From Pseudomonadota bacterium (GTDB lineage: Bacteria > Campylobacterota > Campylobacteria > Campylobacterales > Sulfurimonadaceae): a stretch of DNA of 64,000 nt. The notes under the pieces are model-generated. The model saw nothing but the letters and a program-made list of their open reading frames with translations, was not told the origin of the DNA and ran no database searches. This document shows, piece after piece, positions 48,638-60,424 of this stretch (position 1 is the stretch's first letter; every line of letters begins with the position of its first letter). A program made the position numbers and the translations under genes. Location of the stretch: NCBI GenBank assembly GCA_043797085.1, contig JAZDQA010000006.1, positions 128,001 through 192,000 on the forward strand, in the 5' to 3' direction.

Positions 48638-49635
48638 TATTTTATTTCAATGTACCGATCATCAAAATAAATTTTTCCGTCTCCAACAAAAACCGTATCA
48701 TGATCCATATCAATATCATAAACATCGTAAGAGAGCAAATTTTTACTCAAAGCAATCATGTACCCGCCCTGCTCCAAAACATAAACTCTGTCATTTTGGA
48801 CACTGATTCCGACAAAATGGGCAAAAGGGAATTTTTTCTTTGCTTTGTACTCCAATGCAGGAGTTAACGCGATCACTTCACCTTGCTTTGTCGTTAACCA
48901 AACACCGTCCTCGGTATAAGCAATATCACGTACTTCGTATTTCTCACGATTCTCTTTTTGTGATAACGATAATACTGTATTACCCGTGGATGCAACCATA
49001 TTATTTTCAATCACATTCAAGTAGGTAATATTGTTAAAATACTCTTCAGAACCAACAATAATCGAACGCAAGAGCTTCTTATCGGTCGTATTGACAATAA
49101 CAATTTTCCCGTCTAAACTCAAAAAGACAACCAAATCTTTCAAAAAGTACGGATTGGCTATTCGGGCATCAACAGCTATGGGCGCGTTAGAATTTTCTTT
49201 AAAGGTCATTTTTTTAGTTTGCAATGAATACAATGCCATCTCATTGTTTCCAAATAAAATAGCAAGAATATCACCCTGCACACTGGCAGAAGCAACAGTA
49301 CGCTTTAGATCAATGACAACATGTTCACTGACACCGTCTTCAGGAATCAACTCTAAATCATTGGTATTACTTTGGGTAATTATCCATCCATCACTAATAT
49401 TGAGCAAACGAAAATCAGCTGGAACTTTTTGCTTTTTTTCTCCTGCTTTAGTAAGAATATTTCCATTTGACAGTACTGCGCCTGATTGTGTCACTTGGGA
49501 GATAGGGGCACTTAAACGTCCGGCAGTACGCCAGTCACCTTTAATATTTTCCGGTTTATACACTTCTTTTTGGGAACATCCACTCAACATTAAGAGACCG
49601 GCAACACTCAAACTTACCCATAAATATTTCATCAT
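48637..49635 (-). CDS. Lipoprotein, beta-propeller-like
   Basis: Lipobox LSGC followed by beta-strand repeats. Confidence 0.7.
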   Translation of the reverse strand: MMKYLWVSLSVAGLLMLSGCSQKEVYKPENIKGDWRTAGRLSAPISQVTQSGAVLSNGNILTKAGEKKQKVPADFRLLNISDGWIITQSNTNDLELIPEDGVSEHVVIDLKRTVASASVQGDILAILFGNNEMALYSLQTKKMTFKENSNAPIAVDARIANPYFLKDLVVFLSLDGKIVIVNTTDKKLLRSIIVGSEEYFNNITYLNVIENNMVASTGNTVLSLSQKENREKYEVRDIAYTEDGVWLTTKQGEVIALTPALEYKAKKKFPFAHFVGISVQNDRVYVLEQGGYMIALSKNLLSYDVYDIDMDHDTVFVGDGKIYFDDRYIEIK

Positions 49636-50228
49636 TTCACTCCATAATGGCGTAACATTTGTGCCATCGGATAGACAACAGAATCTTCTTTTATCAATGC
49701 CAATGACGCATGCGCTGCTTTGCTGTCACCTTTTTGAATCGATAACACAGCTAACTCAATGACGGCTAACTCTTGATAAATTGAACCCTGTTTTTTCGTA
49801 TACGCATCCAACGCCTTATCATTATTTGACAATACTGCACTCTCGTACGAAGCGATATCAGCTACTTCAGAAGAACTGGCACCTTTAAGAGTCTCAAGTG
49901 TTTTAAGATCATTTTCGCGCAGTGCCTTGGACAAACTGTACAATTCATACAATGACCCGCCTTGGGATGAAAGTTCTTTCAATGCATTTTGATCCATAGG
50001 ATTCATCAACAACGTATTAAGTGCTGCATTGGCACGCTCTACTTTGGCATCATGCACCATTTGATAAGCGACACCTCCTCCCAGTCCCAAAAGCAATACA
50101 ATAACAGACACAACCATCGGTTTTTGATACTTCTTGACAAAACGCTCTGTTCTTACGGCACTTTCGAAAAATTTTTCTTCCGAACTTAGCTCTTCTTTGA
50201 GAGCTTGCATATTTTCTTTTAGGTTCAA
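49632..50228 (-). CDS. YfgM-like membrane-anchored helical protein
   Basis: Acidic N-terminus, one TM segment, TPR-like body; TTG start after AGGAG. Confidence 0.6.
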   Translation of the reverse strand: MNLKENMQALKEELSSEEKFFESAVRTERFVKKYQKPMVVSVIVLLLGLGGGVAYQMVHDAKVERANAALNTLLMNPMDQNALKELSSQGGSLYELYSLSKALRENDLKTLETLKGASSSEVADIASYESAVLSNNDKALDAYTKKQGSIYQELAVIELAVLSIQKGDSKAAHASLALIKEDSVVYPMAQMLRHYGVK

Positions 50229-50356
50229 AAGGACTCCTATGGCGTATCTATATTTAACTATTTTGCTACAATAATAACTCAAGTGTTGTTAAAATTCCGT
50301 AAAGCCCATTTTTTCGCTACAATAAGGGAATAAAATTCTCTGTAGGTTACTAAACT

Positions 50357-50647
50357 ATGAAAATCGATGAAAAACTTTTACAACGCCTAGAAAAACTCTC
50401 CTATCTTCAAATACCGGATGAAAATCGAGCTCAAATGATTGAACAAATGTCTGAAATAGTCTCTTTTGTTGATAATTTATCTGAATTAAATACAGATGGT
50501 ATTAACCCAACTTTTTCGATGGAGTCAACTGCCACACTGTTGCGTGAAGACATTGGTCATGTTGATCAAGCGATCAATGATGATATTCTAGCCCATTCGC
50601 CACATGCACAAGAACACTTCTTTATCGTTCCAAAAATCATTGAGTAA
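50357..50647 (+). CDS. gatC: Asp/Glu-tRNA amidotransferase subunit C
   Basis: LEKLSYL...LRED...FFIVPKIIE. Confidence 0.92.
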   Translation: MKIDEKLLQRLEKLSYLQIPDENRAQMIEQMSEIVSFVDNLSELNTDGINPTFSMESTATLLREDIGHVDQAINDDILAHSPHAQEHFFIVPKIIE

Positions 50648-50652
50648 TCCGA

Positions 50653-50997
50653 ATGATTACGATTTATGGTATAAAAAACTGCGGTTCCGTCAAAAAAGCA
50701 TTTCAATTTTGTAACAATCACTCTCTTGAGTATACTTTTATCGATTTCAAAACCTCGCCCGTTGACAAAGATAAGATTCTCCAATGGTCACAAAAAACTG
50801 AACTATCGGTTCTTCTTAATACCAAAGGGACTACTTACCGAACATTAGATCTTAAATCCCTTGCTCTTAGCGATAGTGATAAAATTGAGTGGATGGCGAA
50901 AGAAAATCGTCTTATCAAACGTCCTGTGATAGAATACAATACAAATGTTATCGTCGGTTATAATCTAACTCAATACGAAGGAATTTTTTTATCATGA
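50653..50997 (+). CDS. ArsC/Spx-family protein
   Basis: IYGIKNCGSVKKA, NTKGTTYR and LIKRPVI. Confidence 0.88.
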   Translation: MITIYGIKNCGSVKKAFQFCNNHSLEYTFIDFKTSPVDKDKILQWSQKTELSVLLNTKGTTYRTLDLKSLALSDSDKIEWMAKENRLIKRPVIEYNTNVIVGYNLTQYEGIFLS

Positions 50998-52064
50998 GCC
51001 AATCACTGGATATTCACAAACTTTTAAAAAGCGTTGTCGCTTACAAATCATCTGATTTACACCTCGTTAGTCGTTCTGAACCTCAAATTCGTATTGACGG
51101 ACGGCTTGTTGCCCTTAATTTACCTGTTATGGACGGTAAGCAAATCGAAGAAATGGCATATTCACTTTTAACTGAAAAGCAAAAAAAGGTATTTGAAGAA
51201 AATAATGAACTTGATTTTTCCATCGTTATTCCCGATGTAGGTCGTTTTCGTGCCAACTACTACAAAACAATGGATGATGTTGCCTGTGCGTTTCGTATTA
51301 TTCCTACTGTCATCCCCTCTCTCGATGATTTGAATGCCAAGAAAATCTTTAAAGAGCTGATTAAGCGTGAAAAAGGCCTGATATTGGTCACAGGCCCGAC
51401 AGGAAGCGGTAAATCCACGACGCTTGCTGCAATGCTCAATGAAGTCAATCTCAATGAAGCACGACACATTATTACCGTAGAAGATCCGGTCGAGTTTGTT
51501 CATACGAATAAAAAATGTCTTTTTTCACAACGAAATATTGGTAGTGATACCAAAAGTTTCTCTGCTGCCCTCAAATATGCTCTTCGCCAAGACCCCGATG
51601 TTATTTTAATCGGAGAGATGCGTGATCGTGAGACTATTTCTGCTGCACTTACCGCTGCTGAAACCGGTCACTTGGTTTTTGGAACGTTGCATACCAACTC
51701 AGCACCTAGTACCATTAACCGTATTATCGACGTTTTTGGCGGTGATGAACAACCTCAAGTTCGTGCTCAACTCTCAACTTCTCTTATTGCCGTTATTTCC
51801 CAAGCACTTCTGCCAAAAATAGGGGGAGGTCGTGTAGCGGCTCAAGAAGTTATGATTACCAATCCGGCGATCGCCAACTTGATACGTGAAGACAAAGTCC
51901 ATCAGCTTTATTCCCAAATGCAGCTCAATCAACAAGGTACGGGAATGACCACTCAAACCCAAGAAATTGTAGAATATTTGCGTAAAAAAATGATCAGCAA
52001 AGATATTGCGATGCAATATTCCAATAAACCCGATGAGCTCCAGAGAGTTATCGACTCACTGTAA
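50994..52064 (+). CDS. pilT: PilT-family ATPase
   Basis: SDLHL, GPTGSGKSTT, EDPVE, LRQDPD, GEMRD and AIANLIRE. Confidence 0.93.
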   Translation: MSQSLDIHKLLKSVVAYKSSDLHLVSRSEPQIRIDGRLVALNLPVMDGKQIEEMAYSLLTEKQKKVFEENNELDFSIVIPDVGRFRANYYKTMDDVACAFRIIPTVIPSLDDLNAKKIFKELIKREKGLILVTGPTGSGKSTTLAAMLNEVNLNEARHIITVEDPVEFVHTNKKCLFSQRNIGSDTKSFSAALKYALRQDPDVILIGEMRDRETISAALTAAETGHLVFGTLHTNSAPSTINRIIDVFGGDEQPQVRAQLSTSLIAVISQALLPKIGGGRVAAQEVMITNPAIANLIREDKVHQLYSQMQLNQQGTGMTTQTQEIVEYLRKKMISKDIAMQYSNKPDELQRVIDSL

Positions 52065-52157
52065 TAAAAAGGCAAGCATTAAATAAATATTAATTTATAC
52101 GATGCCATGCCTTGCTTTTAGGTAACTTCTTGGAATTTTTTCTTATAATTCCGGATT

Positions 52158-52556
52158 ATGAACAACAAACACTTATTACAGCATTATCAGCTCAAAGCAA
52201 CACCTCAGAGAATCGCTATTATTGAATTAATGGAGCATTCAGGTCATATTAGTATTGATGACCTCTTTAAACTAATTCGAGAAAAATTTTTCTCCATTTC
52301 ACTGGCTACACTCTACAAAAATATTCATATCATGATGAGCGTCAGCTTAATACGTGAAGTAAAAATACCGGGTCATAAAGCAAAATATGAAATCGAAAAA
52401 ATACCTCATGCACATGTGTTATGTAAAACGTGCGGCGAACTTAAAGATATCCCCTTTGATCCAACAAGTTTACTGGAAGATACGGTAAAAAGAAGTGATT
52501 ATCGTGCGGATGACGTATCGATTATGATTTCGGGCGTTTGCCCGAATTGCAAGTAG
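52158..52556 (+). CDS. Fur-family regulator (PerR-like)
   Basis: LKATPQR, SLATLYK, HAHVLCKTC and CPNC. Confidence 0.85.
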   Translation: MNNKHLLQHYQLKATPQRIAIIELMEHSGHISIDDLFKLIREKFFSISLATLYKNIHIMMSVSLIREVKIPGHKAKYEIEKIPHAHVLCKTCGELKDIPFDPTSLLEDTVKRSDYRADDVSIMISGVCPNCK

Positions 52557-52565
52557 CGTTTTATC

Positions 52566-53912
52566 TTAAGGATGCGCTTCTCTAAGCGTATCTGCTATTA
52601 AGAAAGCAAGTTCTAACGATTGGTCAGCATTCAATCTTGGATCGCAATGTGTATGATAACGGCTTTTTAGATTTTCAGAGGTAATCTCAAATGATCCTCC
52701 CAAACACTCGGTAACATTTTTACCGGTCATTTCCAAATGAACTCCACCTGCATAGGTTCCTTCGGATTTGTGTACTTGGAAGAACTGTTTCATCTCTTTG
52801 AGAACTGCATCTACAGGACGGGTTTTGTATCCATTACTGGTAATCGTATTTCCGTGCATCGGATCACAACTCCACAATACTTTTTTTCCTTCTCTTTCAA
52901 TTGCACGAATCAAAGCAGGCATTCCATCCGCAACCTTATCCGCACCCATTCGAACGATCACATTGAGCCGTCCTGCTTCATTTGTAGGATTTAAAACATC
53001 ACACAAACGAATCAAGTCTTCAGGATCCATCGAAGGACCCGCTTTAACGCCGATCGGATTTTGGATACCACGCATAAATTCAACGTGTGCACCATCGAGC
53101 TGTCTCGTACGATCTCCAATCCAAAGCATATGAGAAGAAACATCATACCATTCTCCCGTAAGAGAATCTTGACGGGTAAATGCCTCTTCATAATTAAGCA
53201 ATAATGCTTCATGAGAGGTATAAAAATCGGTTTCACGAAGAGTTCTGGATACATCCGATGTAATTCCGCATGCCGCCATAAAACGCAATGAATTATCAAT
53301 TTGACGTGAAATTTCATCGTATTTTTTGGTCAACTCATTTTGCCCTACAAAACCGAGATTCCACGCATGAACTTGGTTCAAATCTGCTAATCCGCCGGAT
53401 GCGAATGCACGAAGAAGGTTCAGCGTGGCTGCTGATTGATTGTACGCTTGAACCATACGATTAGGATCAGGAATACGAGCAGCTGTATTAAACTCTACTC
53501 CATTGATAATATCTCCACGATAACTCGGAAGAGTGACCCCATCGATGGTTTCCATATCGGATGATCTAGGTTTGGCAAATTGTCCGCCTAAACGTCCTAT
53601 TTTAACAACAGGAACACCGCCCGCAAAGGTCATAACGACAGCCATTTGCATCATTACTTTGAAAGTATCCCGAATATTGTGTGCGTGAAACTCTGAAAAA
53701 CTTTCAGCACAATCTCCACCTTGAAGTAAAAAGGCTTTCCCCTCACATACGTCCGCAAGATTTTTTTTCAAATTTCGGGCTTCTCCCGCAAAAACAAGAG
53801 GTGGATAATTTTTAAGTTGCTCTTCGATCTCTTTTAGCCGTACCTGATCTGGATAGGTAGGCTGCTGCATGATTGGTTTATCTCTCCAACTCGCTCGGCT
53901 CCATGTACTCAT
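52566..53912 (-). CDS. Class II DAHP synthase
   Basis: [32 protein letters not shown] and CDPRLN. Confidence 0.95.
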   Translation of the reverse strand: MSTWSRASWRDKPIMQQPTYPDQVRLKEIEEQLKNYPPLVFAGEARNLKKNLADVCEGKAFLLQGGDCAESFSEFHAHNIRDTFKVMMQMAVVMTFAGGVPVVKIGRLGGQFAKPRSSDMETIDGVTLPSYRGDIINGVEFNTAARIPDPNRMVQAYNQSAATLNLLRAFASGGLADLNQVHAWNLGFVGQNELTKKYDEISRQIDNSLRFMAACGITSDVSRTLRETDFYTSHEALLLNYEEAFTRQDSLTGEWYDVSSHMLWIGDRTRQLDGAHVEFMRGIQNPIGVKAGPSMDPEDLIRLCDVLNPTNEAGRLNVIVRMGADKVADGMPALIRAIEREGKKVLWSCDPMHGNTITSNGYKTRPVDAVLKEMKQFFQVHKSEGTYAGGVHLEMTGKNVTECLGGSFEITSENLKSRYHTHCDPRLNADQSLELAFLIADTLREAHP

Positions 53913-54091
53913 TTAATACGTATCTCCCATCTTACTAGATTGCCAAAAGGCTTATTTGTTATTTTTAAAGTAAGCAATTTTATCGTTTTATCCTAAAAAG
54001 CGACTGATTATGATGGCTGAAAGCTATATTTAGGTTTTAAAAAGTATAATTGCGTCATTTCAAAGAGAGATTATTTATCCTAAGAGAGTCA

Positions 54092-55018
54092 ATGAAATCA
54101 ACACAAATGAACATTTTTTTATCTCTTTTTTGCAAAGAGCTCTCCTTCCATTTAGAATCAGCAAGCGCACGGCAAGACAAAATTGCCCATGATGAATTTG
54201 CAGAGATTATTTCAATAGCAACCAAAGAAGTACTTGACCTCTATTTAAGTGGCGAACTTGATACGCATGAATACGCTGCTGACACAGAAAATGGATATAA
54301 AGATATCGCATTGTTAAGCATTAATTCTTATACCCAATCAAACCAAACGTTTGAAAAAATAACCGATGATCATGCAACTATTTTAAAAGAGCATGAAAAT
54401 TTGAATTTTATTAATTTCAACAATATAAGTGAAAAATTTGTAGATATTCAATCTCATTTGAGCCAAGAGGTTGAACGTGCTAATAAAATCATTCAAGACT
54501 TGCACGAACAAGTTAAAGTACTTGAAGTGACAACAACGCTTGATCCACTGACAAAAACATTTAATCGATATGCACTTCAAAATAATCTTACTGAACTTCT
54601 GACAAAGAAACGTCAAATACAAGAACTTTTTATTCTGATGATCGATATCGACAACTTTAAAACTATTAATGATCTTCATGGACATATTGCAGGGGATAAA
54701 GTTCTCATATTTCTTGCTAAATTGCTCAAAAAAACCCTCAGAGACGGTGATAAAGTGTACCGGTTTGGCGGAGAAGAGTTTGTCGTCATCCTTAACCGAA
54801 CCGATCTAGAGGGTGCAAAATTGGTTGCTAACCGTTTTTTAAATCTTTGTCGCCAAAACAAACCTCTCTTTCACAATGAACAAATTACTGTTACTTTGAG
54901 TGTTGGTCTGACTCAAACACGAGATAATGACACCATGGATGATGTAATTCATCGAGCAGATACAGCACTCTATCGTGCAAAAAATAATGGAAAAGACAGA
55001 ATGGAGATAGAATTATAA
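54092..55018 (+). CDS. Diguanylate cyclase
   Basis: DPLT, DIDNFK.IND.HGH.AGD, RDGD I-site and RFGGEEF. Confidence 0.92.
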   Translation: MKSTQMNIFLSLFCKELSFHLESASARQDKIAHDEFAEIISIATKEVLDLYLSGELDTHEYAADTENGYKDIALLSINSYTQSNQTFEKITDDHATILKEHENLNFINFNNISEKFVDIQSHLSQEVERANKIIQDLHEQVKVLEVTTTLDPLTKTFNRYALQNNLTELLTKKRQIQELFILMIDIDNFKTINDLHGHIAGDKVLIFLAKLLKKTLRDGDKVYRFGGEEFVVILNRTDLEGAKLVANRFLNLCRQNKPLFHNEQITVTLSVGLTQTRDNDTMDDVIHRADTALYRAKNNGKDRMEIEL

Positions 55019-55581
55019 TGGACTTGAATTATTTTGATATGGCAGTTGGCTCAATTGTATTATTACTAGGGCTTAAAGGACTGTTAAATGGTTTTTCAAA
55101 AGAACTTTTTGGACTCATCGGGATTGTAGGCGGGCTCTTTGTTGCTTCACATATTGGCGGAGCAATTGGAACATTTTTGAACGATCTTCTCTTTGATTTC
55201 GAAACGGCCACCGCTGTTAACCTTATGGGTTTTGTTTTTAGTGTTGGTATTTTTTGGCTTCTTATGGTGGCATTGGGTGCTGGCTTTAAACGTCTTAGTT
55301 CCCTTAGCGGACTTGGGAGTTTAGATCGGGTATTAGGGTTTGTAGTGGGAGCAAGTAAATTCTTTTTTATCCTCTCTGTCATTATTTATGCGCTCTTTAG
55401 TGTTACGGCTATCCGTGAAAACTTTGGTGAAAAAATGAAAGACAGTATCTTTTTTGAACCTATGTTTGCTACTGGTAATTTTATTTTGCATATTGAAACG
55501 AAGGACGTAACAAACCTGCTTGATTCCAATGAAAGTGATAAGAATGGTTCCCGTTCTTCATCCGATAAAAAGGAGAAATAA
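55018..55581 (+). CDS. cvpA: CvpA-family membrane protein
   Basis: KGLLNGFSKE and LDRVLGFVVG; four TM segments. Confidence 0.85.
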   Translation: MDLNYFDMAVGSIVLLLGLKGLLNGFSKELFGLIGIVGGLFVASHIGGAIGTFLNDLLFDFETATAVNLMGFVFSVGIFWLLMVALGAGFKRLSSLSGLGSLDRVLGFVVGASKFFFILSVIIYALFSVTAIRENFGEKMKDSIFFEPMFATGNFILHIETKDVTNLLDSNESDKNGSRSSSDKKEK

Positions 55582-55585
55582 TACT

Positions 55586-56062
55586 ATGGGCTCTTTAACT
55601 GATTTTACCAAACGTTCCGTTGAATATACAAAACTCTTGAATGATTTCAAACAGCTTCTCAAAGAAAACAGTTTGAAATTCACTATACAGCGTGAAGTAA
55701 TTTTAGAGATGTTATACAACTCTGACGAGCATCTCACGCCTGAAAGACTACATCATCTTATCCAAGAGAAGCACCCTGATTTAAATACCGGGATTGCAAC
55801 CGTGTACCGTACACTCTCACTTCTTGAAGATTCTGAAATGGTGACATCTCTCTCCTTTGGAGCTCAAGGCAAAAAATACGAGTTGGGTGCGAAGGATCAT
55901 CATGACCATATCATCTGTACAAAATGCGGCAGTATTAATGAGTTTGTGGATGAAGAGATTGAGTTGAGACAGAAAAAAATTGCTGAAGAGCTTGGCTTTA
56001 TAATGCAAGAACACTCGATGCAAATTTATGGCATTTGCAAAACATGCCAAACGAAAAATTAA
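55586..56062 (+). CDS. fur: Ferric uptake regulator
   Basis: GIATVYRTL, HHDHIICTKCG and CKTC; ATG after AGGAG. Confidence 0.88.
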   Translation: MGSLTDFTKRSVEYTKLLNDFKQLLKENSLKFTIQREVILEMLYNSDEHLTPERLHHLIQEKHPDLNTGIATVYRTLSLLEDSEMVTSLSFGAQGKKYELGAKDHHDHIICTKCGSINEFVDEEIELRQKKIAEELGFIMQEHSMQIYGICKTCQTKN

Positions 56063-56074
56063 AGGGAATTTATT

Positions 56075-57592
56075 GTGACATTCGATAATCAATATGTAGT
56101 TCAACGAATTGAAAAAGCCAACCAATTGCGAGAAGCAGGAATAGATCCTTACGCGAATAATTCCGCACGTAATACGACCATAGAAAAATTCAACAATGTG
56201 AATTCCGATCTTTTTCACAAAGAAGAAAAACGCGATGAACATCGTCACTATATCGTTGCAGGACGTATTAAGCTTTATCGTTTAATGGGTAAAGCCAGCT
56301 TTGTTAAAATCGAAGATGAGAGCGGAATACTCCAAATTTACGTTGCAAGAGATAATCTTCCTGAAAACTTTTACAATGACATCTTTAAAAAGCTTATTGA
56401 AGTGGGTGATATTATCGAGGTAAGCGGTTATCCGTTTGTTACTCAACAAGGGGAACTTTCTCTTCATGTCGATACCCTAAAAATTCTCACTAAGGCTATC
56501 TCGCCACTCCCTGAAAAATTTCACGGGATTACCGACAAAGAGATGCGATACCGCCAACGTTATCTTGATCTTATTATGAATTCAGAAGTACGAAAAACCT
56601 TTCATATTCGCTCGAAAGTCATCAGCTTAACCCGTCGTTTCTTTGAAGACAAAGGTTTTTTAGAGGTCGAAACACCTATGATGCACCCAATCGCTGGCGG
56701 TGCGAATGCCAAGCCGTTTGTTACCCATCATAATGCCTTAGGAATTGACCGTTTTTTACGTATTGCCCCGGAACTTTATCTCAAACGTCTCATAGTCGGC
56801 GGATTTGAAGCGGTATTTGAAATTAATCGTAACTTTCGTAATGAAGGGATGGATGCAACACACAATCCTGAATTCACTTCTATTGAATTTTATTGGGCAT
56901 ACAAAACCTATAAAGATCTCATTGAGATTACCAAAGAGTATTTTGAGTATCTGTTCGATCACCTCAATCTCCCTAAACGTCTTCCGTATGGTGATTTTGA
57001 AATTGATTTCGACCAATTCACTGAAATTGAACTTGTCAAAAGTCTCACTACTATCGGTGGTGTCCCTGAAGAAATAGTTAATGATAAAGAAGCTATTTTA
57101 GAGTTTTTGCGTTCTCATAAACTTGAAGCCAAAACTACTCTAAATCTTGGGCAGCTTCAAGGTGAATTATTTGATGAATTTGTTGAAGAAAAGCTAATTA
57201 ATCCGACCTTTATTACCCATTATCCGGTTGAAATTTCTCCGCTTGCTCGTCGTAATGATGAGCGTCCTGAGCTCACTGACCGTTTTGAACTCTTTATCGC
57301 TGGGCGCGAAATCGCTAATGCCTTTAGTGAGCTTAATGACCCCATCGATCAGCTGGAGCGTTTCAACGGGCAAATGGCTGCCAAAGATTGTGGTGATGAT
57401 GAAGCCCATGAGATGGACGAAGATTTCGTTATTGCTCTCAGTTACGGTATGGCACCGACAGCAGGTCAAGGAATCGGAATTGATCGTCTCGTCATGATGC
57501 TGACCAACCAACACTCGATCCGTGATGTATTGCTTTTCCCGGCAATGAAACCACACCAAACCAACCAAAACCACAATGGAGAAGAAGAATGA
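56075..57592 (+). CDS. lysS: Lysine-tRNA ligase
   Basis: [26 protein letters not shown] and GIGIDRL. Confidence 0.97.
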   Translation: MTFDNQYVVQRIEKANQLREAGIDPYANNSARNTTIEKFNNVNSDLFHKEEKRDEHRHYIVAGRIKLYRLMGKASFVKIEDESGILQIYVARDNLPENFYNDIFKKLIEVGDIIEVSGYPFVTQQGELSLHVDTLKILTKAISPLPEKFHGITDKEMRYRQRYLDLIMNSEVRKTFHIRSKVISLTRRFFEDKGFLEVETPMMHPIAGGANAKPFVTHHNALGIDRFLRIAPELYLKRLIVGGFEAVFEINRNFRNEGMDATHNPEFTSIEFYWAYKTYKDLIEITKEYFEYLFDHLNLPKRLPYGDFEIDFDQFTEIELVKSLTTIGGVPEEIVNDKEAILEFLRSHKLEAKTTLNLGQLQGELFDEFVEEKLINPTFITHYPVEISPLARRNDERPELTDRFELFIAGREIANAFSELNDPIDQLERFNGQMAAKDCGDDEAHEMDEDFVIALSYGMAPTAGQGIGIDRLVMMLTNQHSIRDVLLFPAMKPHQTNQNHNGEEE

Positions 57593-58836
57593 GTTTCCTC
57601 AAAGAATACGACAACGAAATTTACACCCTATGTGAGCAAGAGCTCGAACGTCAAACGGATCATTTAGAGATGATTGCCTCTGAAAACTTTACTCTTCCTG
57701 CGGTTATGGAAGCTATGGGAAGTGTATTTACTAACAAATATGCAGAAGGCTATCCGGCTAAACGTTATTACGGCGGATGCGAATACGCGGATGGTGTTGA
57801 GCAACTGGCAATTGACCGTGCATGTGAACTCTTCGGATGTAACTTTGCAAACGTACAGCCACACTCAGGTTCCTCTGCCAATGGTGCGGTGTATGCTGCA
57901 TTATTACAAGCAGGAGATAAATTATTAGGGATGGATCTCAGTCACGGCGGACACTTAACCCATGGTTCAAAGGTGAGTTTTTCAGGTAAAAACTACCACA
58001 GTTTTTCCTATGGTGTAGAACTTGACGGTCGTATTAATTATGAGCGTGTTATGGATATTGCTAAAATTGTTCAACCAAAAATCATCGTGTGCGGTGCTTC
58101 GGCGTATGCACGTGAAATTGATTTTGCTAAGTTCCGTGAAATCGCTGATGCGGTTGGAGCAATTTTGTTTGCCGACATTGCCCACATTGCAGGACTTGTA
58201 TGCGCAGGTGAGCACCCAAGCCCATTTCCTCATGCACACATTGTGACCACCACCACCCATAAAACACTTGCCGGTCCTCGCGGCGGTATGATTATGACTA
58301 ATGATGAAGAGATTGCCAAAAAAATAAATTCAGCTATCTTCCCTGCTCTTCAAGGCGGACCGTTGGTTCATGTTATCGCGGCTAAAGCGGTTGGATTCAA
58401 ATACAATCTCTCTCCTGAATGGAAAGTCTACGCCAAGCAAGTGAAAGCGAATGCTGCTGTTCTTGCTGATGTATTGATGAAGCGCGGATACGATATCGTC
58501 AGTGACGGAACTGATAACCACCTCGTTCTCGTCTCTTTCCTCAACAAGCCGTTCAGCGGTAAAGAAGCTGATGCGGCATTAGGTCGTGCAGGAATTACCG
58601 TCAATAAAAATACCGTACCGGGCGAAACACGTTCACCGTTCGTTACCTCAGGTGTACGTATCGGAAGTCCTGCACTCACATCACGCGGTATGAAAGAAAA
58701 AGAGTTCGAACTCATCGCAAATAAAATTGCCGATGTTTTGGATGATATTGAAAACGAAGAGAAGCAAAAAGTTATCAAAGAAGAATTAAAAGCGCTTGCA
58801 CGCGGGTTTATTATCTATACACAATCTACGTATTAA
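57589..58836 (+). CDS. glyA: Serine hydroxymethyltransferase
   Basis: [20 protein letters not shown] and [13 protein letters not shown]. Confidence 0.97.
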   Translation: MSFLKEYDNEIYTLCEQELERQTDHLEMIASENFTLPAVMEAMGSVFTNKYAEGYPAKRYYGGCEYADGVEQLAIDRACELFGCNFANVQPHSGSSANGAVYAALLQAGDKLLGMDLSHGGHLTHGSKVSFSGKNYHSFSYGVELDGRINYERVMDIAKIVQPKIIVCGASAYAREIDFAKFREIADAVGAILFADIAHIAGLVCAGEHPSPFPHAHIVTTTTHKTLAGPRGGMIMTNDEEIAKKINSAIFPALQGGPLVHVIAAKAVGFKYNLSPEWKVYAKQVKANAAVLADVLMKRGYDIVSDGTDNHLVLVSFLNKPFSGKEADAALGRAGITVNKNTVPGETRSPFVTSGVRIGSPALTSRGMKEKEFELIANKIADVLDDIENEEKQKVIKEELKALARGFIIYTQSTY

Positions 58837-58886
58837 TCTATCCAAACTCTCACGATAATAGTGAGAGGATAAAAGGGGTTTAGCTT

Positions 58887-59429
58887 ATGACATCAATGGA
58901 CATGAAACTTATCAAAATGGTCTCGGATCATTATTGGCTTAAACACGATACTATGGTCGATAAGATTGAATTTAAAGGGCGTACTTTTTACAATAAATAC
59001 GAAAAAGTTCCAAAAACATTAACGCAAGCGCTTATCGATCAACACCTAAAAAAGCAAATTACTGTCGCTCATTCGCTTATAAATCAGTTTGGTAAAGTAG
59101 AAAACATTGTTATCGATTATAATGGCACGGATACCCAACGCTTCTATCATAAGGCACAATTGTTGCTTAGAGAAGAGGGATTTATTAATTTTACCGCTTT
59201 TGAAACAAAAACACCGGGACATTTGCATGTGTATATCCATAAAGGACATACAACATTGCAAGAAGCGATTCAATTGGGTAAGATGCTTTCAATGAAACTT
59301 GCTGCCAAACAGCCAAAGCAGTGGAGAATGTTCCCAGCGGATGATTTGCCACCGGAATACAACATTTTAAACCTACCCTACGAAGTCTACTCGAAAGAGC
59401 GTGGTGCTTCGTGGTCGAAACATCTATAG
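58887..59429 (+). CDS. DUF1882-like conserved Campylobacterota protein
   Basis: NIVIDYNG and KTPGHLHVYIHKGHT; position after glyA. Confidence 0.7.
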   Translation: MTSMDMKLIKMVSDHYWLKHDTMVDKIEFKGRTFYNKYEKVPKTLTQALIDQHLKKQITVAHSLINQFGKVENIVIDYNGTDTQRFYHKAQLLLREEGFINFTAFETKTPGHLHVYIHKGHTTLQEAIQLGKMLSMKLAAKQPKQWRMFPADDLPPEYNILNLPYEVYSKERGASWSKHL

Positions 59430-59547
59430 ACGCTATCGGAATAAAATCCCGATAGCTCCGTTAGCCACTTGGGCTACTAAAGCTTGCCTCTTATGAGGCA
59501 GAAATTTTCGATACTTTAAAATATCTACCACATAAGAGGTGACTAAA

Positions 59548-60423
59548 ATGGAAGAAAAAAACGAACTTAACGACATTATTCTCAATAAAGGCGGGTCAAG
59601 CTCAGGAAGTAAAAAGTTGCTATTGGCTATTGCTACTTTGACCCTTATCCTCATTATTGTTTTAGTTATTATGAACTCACTTAAAAATGATGAAGTTCAA
59701 AAAGCTCCTCAAGCAATTCTTCCGCCAGAACCCAGTGCACCAACTGAAATTATTAATGACCCGTTATTTGAACCCGTAGAAGTGATTCAAGAGGGTAATG
59801 AAAGTGCGGGCACTCAGACATTAGACCAAGTAGCACAGAAAATCAAAGAAGAATCACTGCAAAACTCACCATCCAATCAACCGGCTGTTGTTCAATCTGC
59901 ACCTGCTGTAGTCGTTCCTGTAAAAACTACGCTTCAGTCTGCTCCTATTGTGAAAAGTGTATCCGTACCAGCCGTTCAAAAAGCCGCTCCTGAGCCAAAA
60001 CCTGTTGTTCAAAAAGCGGTTGTGCAGCCTACTATTAAAAAAGCTGAAGCAAAAACATTGCAAGCGGCTTCTGTAAAACAAGAACCTAAAAAAGTGGTTC
60101 AACCAAAAACAGCTCCAAAATCAACTCAAACAGTAAAAGCACCCGAAACAGCCACCAAAGCGCCAAAAGGTGAAGTGAAAACGGCACTGGAAGTTAAAAA
60201 TACAACCACTATCTATTTTGTCCAAGTCGGTTCATTTGCCAAAGAGCCAAGTAAAACACTTATCGATCGTTTGAATGCCAGTGGGATGAAATACACGACT
60301 CAAAAAACAGGTGAAACGACCAAAATTTTAGTGGGACCATTCCAAGGGGATAAAGCCGTGCATGATGCTATGGGCAATATTCGCCAAAATATCGAAGCTA
60401 AAGCGTTCAAGATAAAGGGATAA
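59548..60423 (+). CDS. SPOR-domain cell division protein
   Basis: One TM segment, Pro/Lys/Ala linker, then YFVQVGSF...ILVGPF. Confidence 0.85.
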   Translation: MEEKNELNDIILNKGGSSSGSKKLLLAIATLTLILIIVLVIMNSLKNDEVQKAPQAILPPEPSAPTEIINDPLFEPVEVIQEGNESAGTQTLDQVAQKIKEESLQNSPSNQPAVVQSAPAVVVPVKTTLQSAPIVKSVSVPAVQKAAPEPKPVVQKAVVQPTIKKAEAKTLQAASVKQEPKKVVQPKTAPKSTQTVKAPETATKAPKGEVKTALEVKNTTTIYFVQVGSFAKEPSKTLIDRLNASGMKYTTQKTGETTKILVGPFQGDKAVHDAMGNIRQNIEAKAFKIKG

Positions 60424-60424
60424 T

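Noticed and set aside
49031..49762. 243-aa + strand ORF and similar shadow ORFs (e.g. 24423-25001, 61340-61759)
   Set aside because: Antisense to well-supported genes and without recognisable motifs.
59860..60190. Repetitive Pro/Lys/Ala/Val sequence
   Set aside because: Ordinary low-complexity linker of a SPOR protein.
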